Source: Nitrospirota bacterium
Lineage (GTDB): Bacteria > Nitrospirota > Nitrospiria > Nitrospirales > Nitrospiraceae
Assembly: GCA_963701855.1 (NCBI GenBank)
Contig: CAVPBK010000004.1
Span: 1-64,000, forward strand
Direction: 5' to 3'
DNA length: 64,000 nt
Part shown: positions 10,853-22,239 of the stretch, piece by piece
Numbering within the stretch: the stretch's first letter is position 1
Layout: each line of letters begins with the position of its first letter
Position numbers and translations under genes: made by a program
The notes under the pieces: generated by a model
What the model was told of the DNA's origin: nothing
Databases searched by the model: none
The model's input: only the letters and a program-made list of their open reading frames with translations

Positions 10853-11731
10853 TCACTCGCCAAGCAACCTCCTGATCACATCCTCCATTCCGTCGGCCCA
10901 CACTTGGTACCCACGCTCATTTGGGTGCAGGTAATCAGGCATGAGGTCTGGAGAAAGCCGCCCAGAATCATCGAGAAAGCACCGGCTGAGGTCCAAAAAA
11001 AAGACCTGTTGATTGTCGGCGTAGTGGCGGATGCGGTCATTGATTGCTGCGTTCAACTGGCGGAGCGGGTCATCCACTGAGGCCCTGCGGGGAAACACGC
11101 CCAATAACAAAATCTTGGTACCTGGAAGGCGCGTGCGCAAGATCGTAAGAATCGCCTGGATACCTGCGGCGGTCTCCTCTGGGGGATCAGAACGCGAACC
11201 CGTGTTGTTGGTTCCAATCATCACGACCACCAGCTTAGGGGCAATCCCCTCAATCTCGCCGTGTTCCAGCCGCCATAACACGTGCTCGGTACGGTCACCG
11301 TTGAATCCTAAATTCACGGCACGGCGGCGCCCATAATATGCGTCCCAAATGCGGCGTCCCTCATCGGCCCATCCCTGGGTAATGGAGTCTCCAATCAGCA
11401 GCAAGTCAACATCGCCCTGGCGAATGCGTGCGAGTGTATGCTCATGCTTGGTTGTCCACCAGGACGCGGTCTGCGGGACAGGAACCACGGCCACTGGTTT
11501 GCGGTCGAGGACCTGTGTGAAGCTCAGCTGAGCAACAACCGTTCGTGCTTGGTCGCTGCCACCAACCGGCACCCACTCCGCATACGCCTGAACACTACTC
11601 AGATACAGGAGTGTTATCAGTGACCAGAGTCCCAAAAAGTAAGCCAGCGGCAGCGTGACGAATGGACCCGCGTTGTACATGAAGGCGCAGTGCACAGGAA
11701 AGCGACGGTAGGGAAGAAGCGTGAAGGGCAT
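10853..11731 (-). CDS. SGNH/GDSL hydrolase (PAF-acetylhydrolase-like esterase), probably exported
   Basis: GDSIT, NLGFNGD, MIGTNN, PDYLHP blocks; hydrophobic segment ending AYA|EW. Confidence 0.85.
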   Translation of the reverse strand: MPFTLLPYRRFPVHCAFMYNAGPFVTLPLAYFLGLWSLITLLYLSSVQAYAEWVPVGGSDQARTVVAQLSFTQVLDRKPVAVVPVPQTASWWTTKHEHTLARIRQGDVDLLLIGDSITQGWADEGRRIWDAYYGRRRAVNLGFNGDRTEHVLWRLEHGEIEGIAPKLVVVMIGTNNTGSRSDPPEETAAGIQAILTILRTRLPGTKILLLGVFPRRASVDDPLRQLNAAINDRIRHYADNQQVFFLDLSRCFLDDSGRLSPDLMPDYLHPNERGYQVWADGMEDVIRRLLGE

Positions 11732-11795
11732 AGGGGCCTCGCTGGGAGGCTACTGTAGGGGGGAAGGATCAAACCGCAAGGCAAGGCGCTCGGAA

Positions 11796-12004
11796 TGTAG
11801 ATAGCGCATCATCTGTCCGCTTTTGCTGTACGTGATCTGTCCGGTTATTAGGGTGCGTCCTCAAGGAGGGCCACTATGACACGGGCACGGATCCTACAGG
11901 AGGTGAGACAGATGCGGTTCAAAGAACTCTATGCAGGCTGACAGCAACGGATCTTAACGATGGCGGAGGCGGGCGCGATGTTGGGCGTGACGGAACGGAC
12001 GTTT
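11796..12004 (+). mobile_element. 5' remnant of an ISNCY/IS1202-group element (left end plus truncated transposase HTH)
   Basis: TGT-starting end with ATCTGTCCG twice, RBS AAGGAGG, ATG 11876: MTRARILQEVRQMRFKELYAG*QQRILTMAEAGAMLGVTERTF with internal stop at 11939. Confidence 0.6.
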
Positions 12005-12418
12005 CACCACTCGTTCCTCGTCGAACAGATCGTGCTCGATCACATCGTCCTCAAGTCGCTTCAGGAAGCCTTAAGCGAAGAGATGATCAAAATCGACATC
12101 GAAAAACCCTTAAGAAATATCAGGCTCGCATCATGCCCGACCCTAGACGGAGCGCTCAGTACGGATAACCATGACGAAGGCCGCCCTGCCCTATTGATCC
12201 ACTTTTCTAGCCGATCGCATCTAATTCATCCTACGAATGGAGGGTATCTAACTTCATTGGGAGGGTATAGAGTTCGCCTCGAATTGGAATCCGTTGCGAG
12301 GCCTGCGGTGGTTCCACAAAGCAACAGATCAGAACTTACTATTGGCTGTTCGGGTAATGACACCGAACGGCTTTCTTATTTGGTCACTGAGGCCTAATTA
12401 TTTGAGAGGAGATTCGCT

Positions 12419-14471
12419 ATGAAGAAGCCACGTCGGGAACACGATAGGTTGGTTCGACCTCTCATATTCGGCCTCTCTCTCTTTCTTGCCATCCCTTGCT
12501 CCTTCTCCCTGGCCCAAGCCGTTACGCCGATTACGCCGTCCGGCCTGAACACACACATTGGTGCCCCCACGACCCTGCCAGGAGGCGAAACGGTGTATGA
12601 CATCACCGGAGGCACGCGGCCAGGAAATGGGCCCAACCTCTTTCATAGCTTTGGCGATTTCAATGTTCCCAACCACAACATCGCCAACTTTCTGAATGAC
12701 TCCGGCCTTGCCACCTCCAACATCCTCGGCCGCGTCACCGGAGGGAACATTTCCAACATTTTCGGCACCATCCAAACCACCGGATTCGGGAACGCCAACC
12801 TCTTTCTGATGAATCCAGCCGGGTTTTTGTTTGGGCCGACGGCGACGGTCAACGTCGGGGGGATGATGACCTTCAGCAGTGCGAACTACCTGAAACTTGC
12901 CGATGGCGTGCGGTTTAATGCGAATCCCACTGCCTCGGCCGATTTGCTCCTGAGCGCCGCACCGGTGGCAGCCTTTGGCTTCTTAGGCTCCAATCCGGGA
13001 GCGATTACCGTCCAGGGGAGCCAGCTTCGGTGGCAGACGGGACTGGAATCTCACTGGTCGGGGGCAAAATTACGGTTCAGGCGGGCGCGCTCACAGCTCC
13101 GAGCGGGCAGATCAATCTCGTCAGTGTGGGTAAGCCGTCGTATCCGAAAGTGGGGGGAGAAGTTGTCATAGCCGGGTCGGGACAGGGGGCAGGATTCACT
13201 CCGACCGGCTTTCGAAGTTTGGGCACCATCAATCTTTCTCAAGGCAGCACCATTGACGCCAGCGCAACCGCGAGCAGCGCAAATGAGGCTGGGAGCGTGT
13301 TGATTCGTGGGGGACAATTCGTCATGGATGATTCCTCCATTAAGGCCGGCGTTACCCGCACTTTCCTTTCCGCCTGGAGGCGCTGGCGGTACCATCGAGG
13401 TGACGGCGGAGCAGGTCGCCCTCTCGAATCAGAGCACAATCGATACCAGCGTAGCGGGAGACGGCTTTCCCGCCCATCGCCCTCAATTGCCTGGGCATAT
13501 CACGTTCAATGTTGGCACCTTCTCCGCGACAGATTCCGCGATCTTGTCCACCGGAGGTTTCAGCACGGCGGGTGGTGGGGCTGTGACGATTCAAGGACTC
13601 CAGGGCTCAGGTACCTTCGCGCACTCAGTTTCCCTCGCAAAGACCGAAGTAGACACATTTTGCTCATACAGGGAACTTGGCATATTTCCTTTTATTGGGG
13701 GGCCAATCCTAATCCGGGCCGACAAGATCGCGCTCAATCAGAGCACGCTGAACGCTTCTGGGGGTGAGGCTTTAGGAGGGCCGATAACACTTGTGAGCAG
13801 AGGCGGCCTCGACATTCGAAACAGCAGCCTCAATGTCACAAGCGATCGTTATCGCCAGGCGGCACGGTTGACTTGAAAGCAGGGACGAGAATCGACCTCA
13901 CTGGAACGACCATTGATGCCAGAGGATCCGACGCTGGCGGCTCCATTACCATGGCTGCGCCCGTCATCTCGCTAAGCGGCAGTAGGCTCGACGTGGGTGG
14001 CTCGAACTCCTTCGGTTAGCGGCACGATCAGCCTAACGGGGACAAAGGCAGTGAGTCTCACCAACGGCACCGTCCTCTCCGCAGAAGGGTTCATGCTGCG
14101 GTCACGGTGGCACCATTCAGATCAATGGCGGAGCCCGGTTCACGAGTCACCAGAGCACAATTTCGGCGCAAGGGGGGTTCGGTCACGGCGGCACCATCCA
14201 GGTGGAAGCCACAAAGGTTAGACTGACGGACACTCAACTCACGACCTCGACCTCCGGCGACCTACAGACGGTCGGGGGCAGTATCACCGTAGATGCCAAT
14301 AAGATGACGTTAACGAACAGTCAGATTCTCAGCACCGCGACGGAGGGACACGGCGGCACCATCGACATCACGAGTCCCGTCCTCCAACGGGATGCCAGCA
14401 GCGTGATTAACGCCTCTTCCCAGTCCGGCACGGACGGCACGGTAACCATTAATGGGATCATTCAACCGTAG
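12419..14471 (+). pseudogene. Filamentous haemagglutinin N-terminal (TPS secretion) domain protein with beta-helix repeats, about five frameshifts
   Basis: Signal peptide, NLFHSFGDFNV, GRVTGG..SNIFGTI, NLFLMNPAGFLFG; G(G/S)-T-I-x-(V/I) repeats continue through ORFs at 13030, 13307, 13997, 14202 to TAG 14471. Confidence 0.8.
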
Positions 14472-14676
14472 GCGGAACCGTAGGGTGTTGCTCAACAGGA
14501 TTGCGTGTGGGCCTCCTACGAGTATGATTCGGAACCGGTAAGCTCGGTCTGTCCTGGCCTGCAATCCTTCAGGCACAGCTAACGTGGCAAGTAGGTCAGG
14601 TTTATCCCGGTCTATGTGAGACATCTGACCCAAAACCCGATCAACAGGCCATCAGCAGCTACGTGACAGCGCATTG

Positions 14677-15228
14677 CGTAAGCTTCCCCGTCAAGGAGAC
14701 ACTTCTAAAGGAGAACTTCCGACGGCTTGGTAAGCCCGAAACACGGACGGGGGCATCCCGTCCAACGTGTCATGGGGCCGCTCTTCGTTATACTCCCGCA
14801 TCCACTCCGCACTGATCTCACGCACCTGATCCAGCGACTCGAACACGTAGGCGTCGAGCACCTCGTGGCGGAAGGTCCGATTGAACCGTTCCACAAAGGC
14901 ATTCTGATTCGGTTGGCCTGGCTGAATATACCGGAGCGTGATCCCTCGGTCTGCACACCAACTCGTAAATCGATCGGCGAGGAATTCCGGACCATTGTCG
15001 AGCCGAATCGCCTGCGGCTGGCCCCGCCAGGCGGTGACTTGCTCCAAGACCCGAATCACCCGTTCGGCCGGCAACGAGGTATCGATTTCGATCGCCAAGA
15101 CTTCGCGCACCCCTTCATCCAGGAGGTTGAACGTTCGGAACCGCCGCCCGCCGTAGAGCGTATCATTCATGAAGTCTACGGCCCACACAGTGTTGGGCTG
15201 TGGCACGACGACGAGGGGCTGGCAGAAC
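14677..15228 (-). mobile_element. 3' half of IS3-family (IS407-group-like) element: integrase core plus right end
   Basis: WAVDF..D, IRLDNGPEF, QNAFVERFNRTFR, YNEERPH; terminal sequence CGTAAGCTTCCCCGTCAAGGAGAC at 14677; 5' part missing. Confidence 0.88.
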
Positions 15229-15304
15229 CGCACGAAGTGCAGTTTGCACCTCCTCGCCTCTTCGCTCACTGCAGCCTTGCTGGACGGCCCTTTTGAGCAT
15301 CCTG
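15228..15304 (-). repeat. Partial copy of a dispersed intergenic repeat (MITE/REP-like) at the IS truncation point
   Basis: Minus strand reads CAGGATGCTCAAAAGGGCCGTCCAGCAAGGCTGCAGTGAGCGAAGAGGCGAGG, resembling a multicopy Nitrospira element from recall; no second copy in window. Confidence 0.45.
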
Positions 15305-15824
15305 AGATTATTCAGGCCCCAGCACCATACGGAATATTTCAACCGTATTTTTCTTATTCATCGAGTTTTTCTGCAGCTTGCTAGGAGCCTGTCCGACAGT
15401 GATCGTTCTACTGCGGCAACGGATCTGCGACCATCTGCGTCGTGCTCGACCAGAAAAAATCCTCAATGTATTCCAGCGAATGTACCTCCGGTTTCCCTGG
15501 CCTTGCGGCCGCTCATCTGGCCGCACCTCCTGCCCTCGTCACGAAGGCAATGCGCGATAGGCTCCTAAGCTCTGGATTTTGTGCGGGATACCCTGACGGA
15601 CGGTCAACCATTTCGAGTGCTGAGGGTCCTCGATCAGTGGAGTCGCCAGAGTCCGTGACGTAAGGTGGGAACTGAAGGCCAGGCCTCGATCGGATGTGGG
15701 ACGGCGTGGGGAAACCGCGATCTATCCTTGTGGCTGAGAAATGGAATTCCCAATCGGGGTGAAAGACGGTCGTGGATCTTTTAACAGAATAAAATCCAGA
15801 GCACAGTGTTCACGGGAGGAATGG

Positions 15825-17099
15825 CTAAGCCCCATCTGTTTTGACCTCTGTGATAGATGCATGTCCTCTACGGGCGGTCTCAGCACGGCTGGTAACACCG
15901 AGCAGTAAATGGTGCAGCCGCCTCGCAATTTCTTTCCTACTATACAATTTCTCGGCTGCTAGGCGACCTGCCTCTCCTAATTTTTGGCGTAACGCAGGGG
16001 CCGCGACAAGCTGGCGGACAGCTTCCTCGATACCTCGGATATCCCCATACGGGATGGCTAGACCGGCTCTCGCTTCTAAAATGCGACGAGGCCCCTCCCC
16101 TTCGCCGGCAAATAGGATTGGCAGGCTACTGGCCATAGCTTCGTAAATCTTGCTAGGCACAGCACCAGGGATCCCAAATTTAAGTACGTGAAATGCCACA
16201 TCTGATGCAGCGAGCAGGGCTGGAATCGTCTCCTTCGGCTGTCCTCGTAATAGTCGTACATTATGCAAATTCTCGACTTCGATTCGGCGTTTCAATGATT
16301 CGCGTTCCGCTCCGTCGCCAATGAGAACAAACTGAACGTGGTTCAGATCGCGAACTGCTGCGGCGACATCCAGGATCAGATCCAGCCCCTGCGCCAGCCC
16401 CATTACACCTGCATAAATAAAAGTGACTCGATCATGAGTGCCTAGCAGAGATCGAGCCTCGTCGTCAGCATATTGGGGGCCGAATCTGTCGATATCAACA
16501 CCGTTTGTAATGACCTCAGCAGCGGTAGAGGAACATCGACGTCGCACGGATGCGACAATTTCGTCCGACGTTCCAGTAACAAGAGCAGCACGTCGATAGT
16601 ACGACAGTTCGAGTGCCTCAGCCAGGGTAAGCAGGAGCCGATTCTTAACAATGCCCATGGATTTGGCCGATTCCGGCCAGAGATCGGAAACATTGAAGAC
16701 AAATGGAATTTTCCAGTGCTTGGACAGGGAAACTGCGGCTTGCCCAATAAACAAGGGAGGTGATTCAACAAACAGAACATCCGGTTTGCTGCACAGTTTC
16801 GTGCCCCAACGAATGACTGACCATACGAAAGAATAATAACAAATCAGGCGGTTAACAAACCCGCTTTGGGCCGGTCTGAGTGGTACTCGCACCACTGAAA
16901 GCCGTCCAAGAACTTCCCGCACAGGCTTTCTTACGTCGTACCCTTCAAAGACTCGTCCTGTAGGGTAGTTTGGCAAGGCAGTGAGAACTTCGACCTCCCA
17001 CCCCAAGCGAGAAAGTTCTTGACCCAGTTCAAAGAGACGTGTCTGGGCAGCCCCAATCTCTGGAGAGAAATATTGAGTTAGCAGAAGTACGCGTGGCAT
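15825..17099 (-). CDS. Glycosyltransferase family 4 (WbuB-like)
   Basis: TQYFSPEIGAA, PNYPTG, SDLWPE, PSKIYEAMAS. Confidence 0.9.
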   Translation of the reverse strand: MPRVLLLTQYFSPEIGAAQTRLFELGQELSRLGWEVEVLTALPNYPTGRVFEGYDVRKPVREVLGRLSVVRVPLRPAQSGFVNRLICYYSFVWSVIRWGTKLCSKPDVLFVESPPLFIGQAAVSLSKHWKIPFVFNVSDLWPESAKSMGIVKNRLLLTLAEALELSYYRRAALVTGTSDEIVASVRRRCSSTAAEVITNGVDIDRFGPQYADDEARSLLGTHDRVTFIYAGVMGLAQGLDLILDVAAAVRDLNHVQFVLIGDGAERESLKRRIEVENLHNVRLLRGQPKETIPALLAASDVAFHVLKFGIPGAVPSKIYEAMASSLPILFAGEGEGPRRILEARAGLAIPYGDIRGIEEAVRQLVAAPALRQKLGEAGRLAAEKLYSRKEIARRLHHLLLGVTSRAETARRGHASITEVKTDGA

Positions 17100-17249
17100 A
17101 ATTTTCTACAAAACATTTTTAGAAAATTATCACTCTGGTAAACTTGACTAAGTCCAACTGCCTCTGTTGTTGCACCACACCCCTTGTCAGTCTAGGCACA
17201 TTATTATCCACGGCGCGGAAGTCGAAATGGTCTCCCGGATTTCGTTGAT

Positions 17250-17490
17250 CACATCCGGCATTACCATCAGTTTCAACTTGAGTAACAGGCTGGAGAATAA
17301 TGGCACTCATGCGGGCGTGACGTTCTCGAATAATCTACAACGTACGAGCCTCGGCTTTGTCGACGTGGCGAGGAACGACTTTCATCTGAACACTGGCAAT
17401 GCAGCGATTATCGCCTGCACGAACGTCGAACTTCAGTTCAAAGACGCGGCTTCAGACATTGGATCCTACGAGTTTCATGAACAAGCTTGA
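17250..17490 (+). pseudogene. C-terminal fragment of a right-handed beta-helix / choice-of-anchor-type secreted protein
   Basis: SNNL...GFVDVARNDFHL..G.AAI...DIGSYEF resembles the tail of the gene at 20192-21510 (DFRPKAGSACIDAG..DIGAYE); no N-terminus. Confidence 0.45.
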
Positions 17491-17607
17491 GATTCCATCG
17501 CCGCTCGCACCATTGATCTGCGTATCCATTAGCACAGACACTGTTTTACACCACTGATCTGACAAGGTACATGAGCGTAGAGTCAGAAAACCACTGCAGA
17601 TGGCGCC

Positions 17608-18608
17608 TCATTTACTCACTCCCCTCCCCAATACCTGCGCGTAAAACTGGGAAAGGAGGCGCGCACTGTGATCTGCCGAGACAGAGCGGACTGTTTCGCG
17701 CGCCGCGATCCTACCTGAACTCATCCGCACCTTCTGAAGGTTCACCGCCAATTCCGTAGCATCAGGGGCCGAGAGGTAGCATCCTTCTATTTCCTGTATC
17801 CTTTGGGGAATGTCCCCTACCCGGACAGCAACGATCGGCAGATTACAGGCCAGGGCCTCCTTCACGATGGTCGCGACCCTTCATGGTGGGAAGTCACCAA
17901 CAAGACGTCACTTGCATTGAGCCAGATTGGAACTTGGTCATACGAAACGCCGCGAAGGTGACGAAGTTCAGCATTCACTCCTAAGGCTTTCAGACATTCT
18001 ACCGCTGCCTGGGCTAGTTCCGGTCGTTTGACCGGATCCCCTGTGTTTTGAAAGAGGACGTGAAAGGTGTCTTGCGTCCAGCCTAATCGTTCACGACAGA
18101 GAGCTCGGTCAATTGGCTTGAATAAATCCAGGTCGATTCCGCATGGAATTATCTGAATTCGTGAGCTAGGGATATTTTCAGGAAGGCGCTTTAACAAGTG
18201 TTCTGCCACGGCGACGATACCGTCGCACCGTCTGGCCGCTTGTCTTGAAGCAATAACACCACAAGCTGCGAACAATCTCCTGAGGGGACGTTCGAAGGGT
18301 TGTCCCAGCAGATCAGAGCCATGAAAAGTGACTATGACCGGTCGATTCTGGACAACATGACTGACGAGCCTGGCCATGATTCCGCCATACATGACATGCA
18401 CGAGGTCTGGCTTGAACTGAGCAACTGCTATCCGTAACATAGCCGGGAGGCTGGCATAGGCACGCATTCCCTTCTCTCGGCGGTTCACGAGAAGCACATC
18501 GACCTCGAGACCTATCCGCCGTAACGTCTCAATCTGCTGCTGGATGAAGCGTCCCTGGTGCGGGTCATCCTGGGTGGGCAGCATGTTGGTGACAACGAGG
18601 ATTCGCAT
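17608..18608 (-). CDS. Glycosyltransferase family 4, one frameshift near 17874
   Basis: MRILVVTNMLP..FHGSD..SHHEGS continues as (P)TIVKEALACNLP in another frame; adding one base restores EGSPTIVKEA. Confidence 0.85.
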
Positions 18609-18893
18609 TGGAAGAAATCTCGCCATTTTCGATGACTCTTCCAGCCCTTTCGCCATCCTATGAAGATGTGTAGTCGACATAAAGTTTGTCATAATTTAGA
18701 AGTAGGAGATTGCGTTCCAACGTTTGTTGCTACCTATCGAAGTGCGGTCTGCTCGCGAACTTCATCTTAAAAAATGTGCTTGGAGCGCCGCGGAATAGAT
18801 TTCTATGCACTTAGCTGGCGCGCAACGATTAGAAGTGATCGATTGTGGTTTCCGTTCGCGTAAGGTTCCAACCAATCAAGTTGTTGAATCGGT

Positions 18894-19850
18894 TCATCCC
18901 GCCGTTTTGTAAGCATTCAGGGTTCCTGAAACCAAACGTTGTTGACTGAACTCCCGTTCTATTTTGGTGCGTGCCGCCTGCCCCATGCGGCGACACAGAG
19001 ATTCGTCGTTGAAGAATAGCCTGATTCGATCGGCCAGTCTTCTTCGTCGTTTTACCAAACTACAAATCCTTCATGGCCTTCCTCCACGAGATACGAAACA
19101 TCGCCCGCCTCCATTGCGGTAACGACACGGCCAAAGATTATTGCTTCCAGTACAATGTTCGGACACCGTTCATTCTCGGCGACATCCACAAGGAAGGCCG
19201 CACAGCAATTAAGGCCGGAATATCGTGGCGAGCACCCAGAAACGTAAACACCTGTCCCACACGCAGGCTTCTTGCCGTTGTCTCTGGTTCTCTTCGTAAG
19301 GAACCTGACCGACATGGATCACATCAGGGCACTCAACATTCGAATGGAGAAGAGCAATTGCTCGAATTAGCCAATCGTAGCATTTCCGTGGGTATAAGCT
19401 CCCCACAGCTAGGATGTATTCTTGTTGAGGGTGACACCGAAGAGAGAACTCATCCAGATCGACTCCGTTCCTGATGACATAGATGCGACGAGGTCGAAAT
19501 AAGGTAGTGCTGTGCTTCGCGGCCTCTTTCGCTGCCGAGCTGTTGGAGATTTTGAAGACCGGCCATCGACCACACAGTCGCCCAATCACTTTTCCCGCCT
19601 GCTAGTACTCGAAGAAGAAGTTGTTTCGTCGATCCGATAGGTATTACTCCCGCGCCGCGCACCAGGCGCAGGGTTTACCTGAACGTGTACGATTGAACGA
19701 CTTCGGGTCGTAAAGAGGATACAAGACTACGCAGTGCCCTTAACTTGGCCAATCGGAATCGGTGATTCTTTAGCGCTATTACCGGAACTGCGGGCGCAAG
19801 AATTTCTCGAACGTTGTAGTCATCGGGAAAGTGACGCCACACGACAGATC
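18894..19850 (-). pseudogene. Heavily decayed GT4 paralogue of the gene at 23396-24566
   Basis: Colinear fragments in several frames: RPEVVQSY, ISNS..A, VIRNGVDL, AVGSL, CPNIVLEA..AMEAGDVSYLVE, EREFS..RLVS.TL.AYK.AG*. Confidence 0.75.
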
Positions 19851-20191
19851 TTGCCAGTGAGGTTGGGTTATTGTGCTAGGTCAGACCTCGTGGTGTGCGG
19901 GGGGGGGTCGGCTGGCTCTTCACCTTCGCCGCGGTCGTGTACAAGCTGATGCGGAGGCGCAATCTCCTGGAGGCGGCAAGCATAAGCCGACAGGACCCCC
20001 ATCACGTGCAATGGCCCATAGTGGGCCTCTACGGTGGGACGCCACCCTGAATGGACTTCGACGGCTCGTATGATTGGGATCGGAGAACAGCTGTCTTATC
20101 CAACCCGGGCTTTTCCGCAGCCTGCAAGGAGTTGGATTGACTAAGATTTCTGGCGGTAATCTGTACGTCGCAATGGATTATAATTTTGCAG

Positions 20192-21510
20192 TTAACGTAC
20201 AACCAGACCGACCGGCGGATTGGGTGGCTGACTGTCAGATCCAGTGGTTTGTTCATATGCCCCAATATCATAGGACGCCCCTTGGGGCCTCACAACCCCG
20301 ACGAAATCTATTGTCACAGTACTGAGGACTTCCCCGCATCGATACACGCGGACCCCGCTTTCGGACGGAAGTCTGCCGTACTCACCGTGCAATCCGTGAC
20401 TGTACCCGTGGTACGATTGTTACTCCCGGTGATGGTCGCGCCCCCGATGAAGAGAATGTTCGTCCCATTCCCTACAATGTGGTTATTACTAAAATCTGCC
20501 GACACCCCACATGGTGCGGAGATGCCGAGCTCCACGCCCCCAGTTGAATTGTTCGCGATCAGGTTATTGTAAAATTTTCCACCCGTTGGGCATGGGCTAT
20601 ACCCATGGTCAATGCCGATGTTGTTGTCCGTGATGATGTTGTTATAGGCTTGGACATTCTTACCATCCATGACCAAGCCAGCCTGACTATTCCCGGACAT
20701 GATGCTATTGCGCACAATGGCGTTATCTGCCCCAATAGTTGAGAGCGAATCATACAATTGCAACCCATTGCTGTTGCTGCCGGGAAATCCATTGTTCGAG
20801 GCGTTGGAATACTCCACCAGGATGTTCGTCCCTGCACCATAAATCCCGTGAAATGGACCCTCTGTCGCTCCAGTTGAAGCCCTTGCATTATCATGGGTGT
20901 TGATTCGGCGAAACGTCGTGAAATCTGGAATAGAACCGACCGAGGCAGGCACAAAAAAGCCTACACCCAGATAGTTATGCACTTCCACATCTTCAAAGAG
21001 GACATGGGTACCATTGCCAGCAATTCGAAAGGCTGAGTCTTGAGGCTCTGCGTCATTCGTCCCGTCAAACTCTAATAAGCGAATGGTAATGTAACTCGCG
21101 CTTTCGAGGTTCGAGGCGCCGCCTGTGGACGGCTTTAAAATGGTAAGACACGTATGTGTCATTGCACACCCAGAAGCCCCCTCCCCCTCAATAATAGTCG
21201 GATTTCCAGGCGTCCCGTTTGCCACGCTAATCGAGGTTTCGTAGATCTTGGCGAGTGAGCCACTGTATACTCCAGCTTTGATTGTAAGTCGATCCCCTGC
21301 TGATGTGAGACAGGCTGCACCGTTTTGTGGAGTTCGCCGATAGGTGCCTGGGTCTGAGTCCCCACTAACCGAGGCACAGGAGTTCGCGTCATTCCCACCA
21401 GTTGATACCCAATACCGTGTGGCCCAGGCCGGAGCGGCACCCATGATCATCAGGATCGGTACGGCGGTGAGTAGTAATCTCACAAAGGTGATCTGACTAA
21501 TGGTGCGCAT
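20192..21510 (-). CDS. Secreted right-handed parallel beta-helix protein (pectin-lyase-like fold), one frameshift near 20325
   Basis: Signal peptide AWA|TRYWVSTGGND, GDRLTIKAGVY, N/G-rich beta-helix repeats, tail RPQGASYDIGAYE..PPNPP.GL in second frame. Confidence 0.8.
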
Positions 21511-21590
21511 CTTACCCCCCATAATCCATATATATATAGAATCCACGGCTTAACAATCCTGAACCCATCGCCGCGCGATACTAGAGAGGG

Positions 21591-21606
21591 AGCAAACAAC
21601 ATGCCA
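21591..21606 (-). promoter_or_regulatory. Sigma54 (RpoN) -24/-12 promoter of the beta-helix gene
   Basis: Minus strand TGGCATG-TTGT-TTGCT matches TGGCACG-N4-TTGCW with one mismatch, ~80 bp upstream of ATG 21510. Confidence 0.7.
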
Positions 21607-21902
21607 TTGGCATGTTCTCCGAAAGCTTGGTGGAACGCAACCACGATCATTCGCCCTCGGTTCAAAATTGTCCACCGTGTAATGAAGCACCTCCAGTGAC
21701 AGAATGGAATGCTGTTTTGACCCCTTGATTTGCAATTCATGTACAGTGGTCTAATCGCCTAACATATTGAATGGCAATGACTTATAGGACAGACGTGGCT
21801 CAGTTTATTCGGACAGAACTGCTTGCTTCATAAATGAAGTCCTTCCGGTTTCTGCCTAGCTGCGTAGGACAGAATGGGCATGTTTTCATAGTAAAATTCA
21901 TC

Positions 21903-22235
21903 CTAAGTTCTCATGTCAAGCGCCGAGTGCGCAGTCTGCATTGGTTGTAAAAAGTCAAGTAGAGTTTCATTCCATGCTCGGTCGCGCTGTACATGCCGTA
22001 GGCATGCAGATACACCTTTTCTATGACGCTCTTCCATAGCTGTTCCACGAGTGAATAGATTATCCCGCCAACAGCCTGTGCCGTCCATGCTGATCTGAAT
22101 ATCGTTGTCCTTGATCAAGCAAGTAGATTAAAGGCCGGTGAATTGGCAGCCTTGGTCGGTGTTGAAGATTTCCAGCTTGACGCATCTGGCCATCGCGCGA
22201 TGCCTGAAACAGCAATATCCGGTGATCGCCCTTCC
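21903..22235 (-). mobile_element. Decayed IS3-family transposase fragment
   Basis: EIFNTDQGCQFT and IQISMDGTGCWRDNLF in shifted frames (DDE core). Confidence 0.7.
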
Positions 22236-22239
22236 CACC

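Noticed and set aside
11761..11796. dif/xrs site next to the IS1202-like end
   Set aside because: No XerC/XerD-like 28-bp site visible
15308..15820. Short ORFs between the repeat fragment and the GT4
   Set aside because: No recognisable motif or RBS; probably decayed DNA
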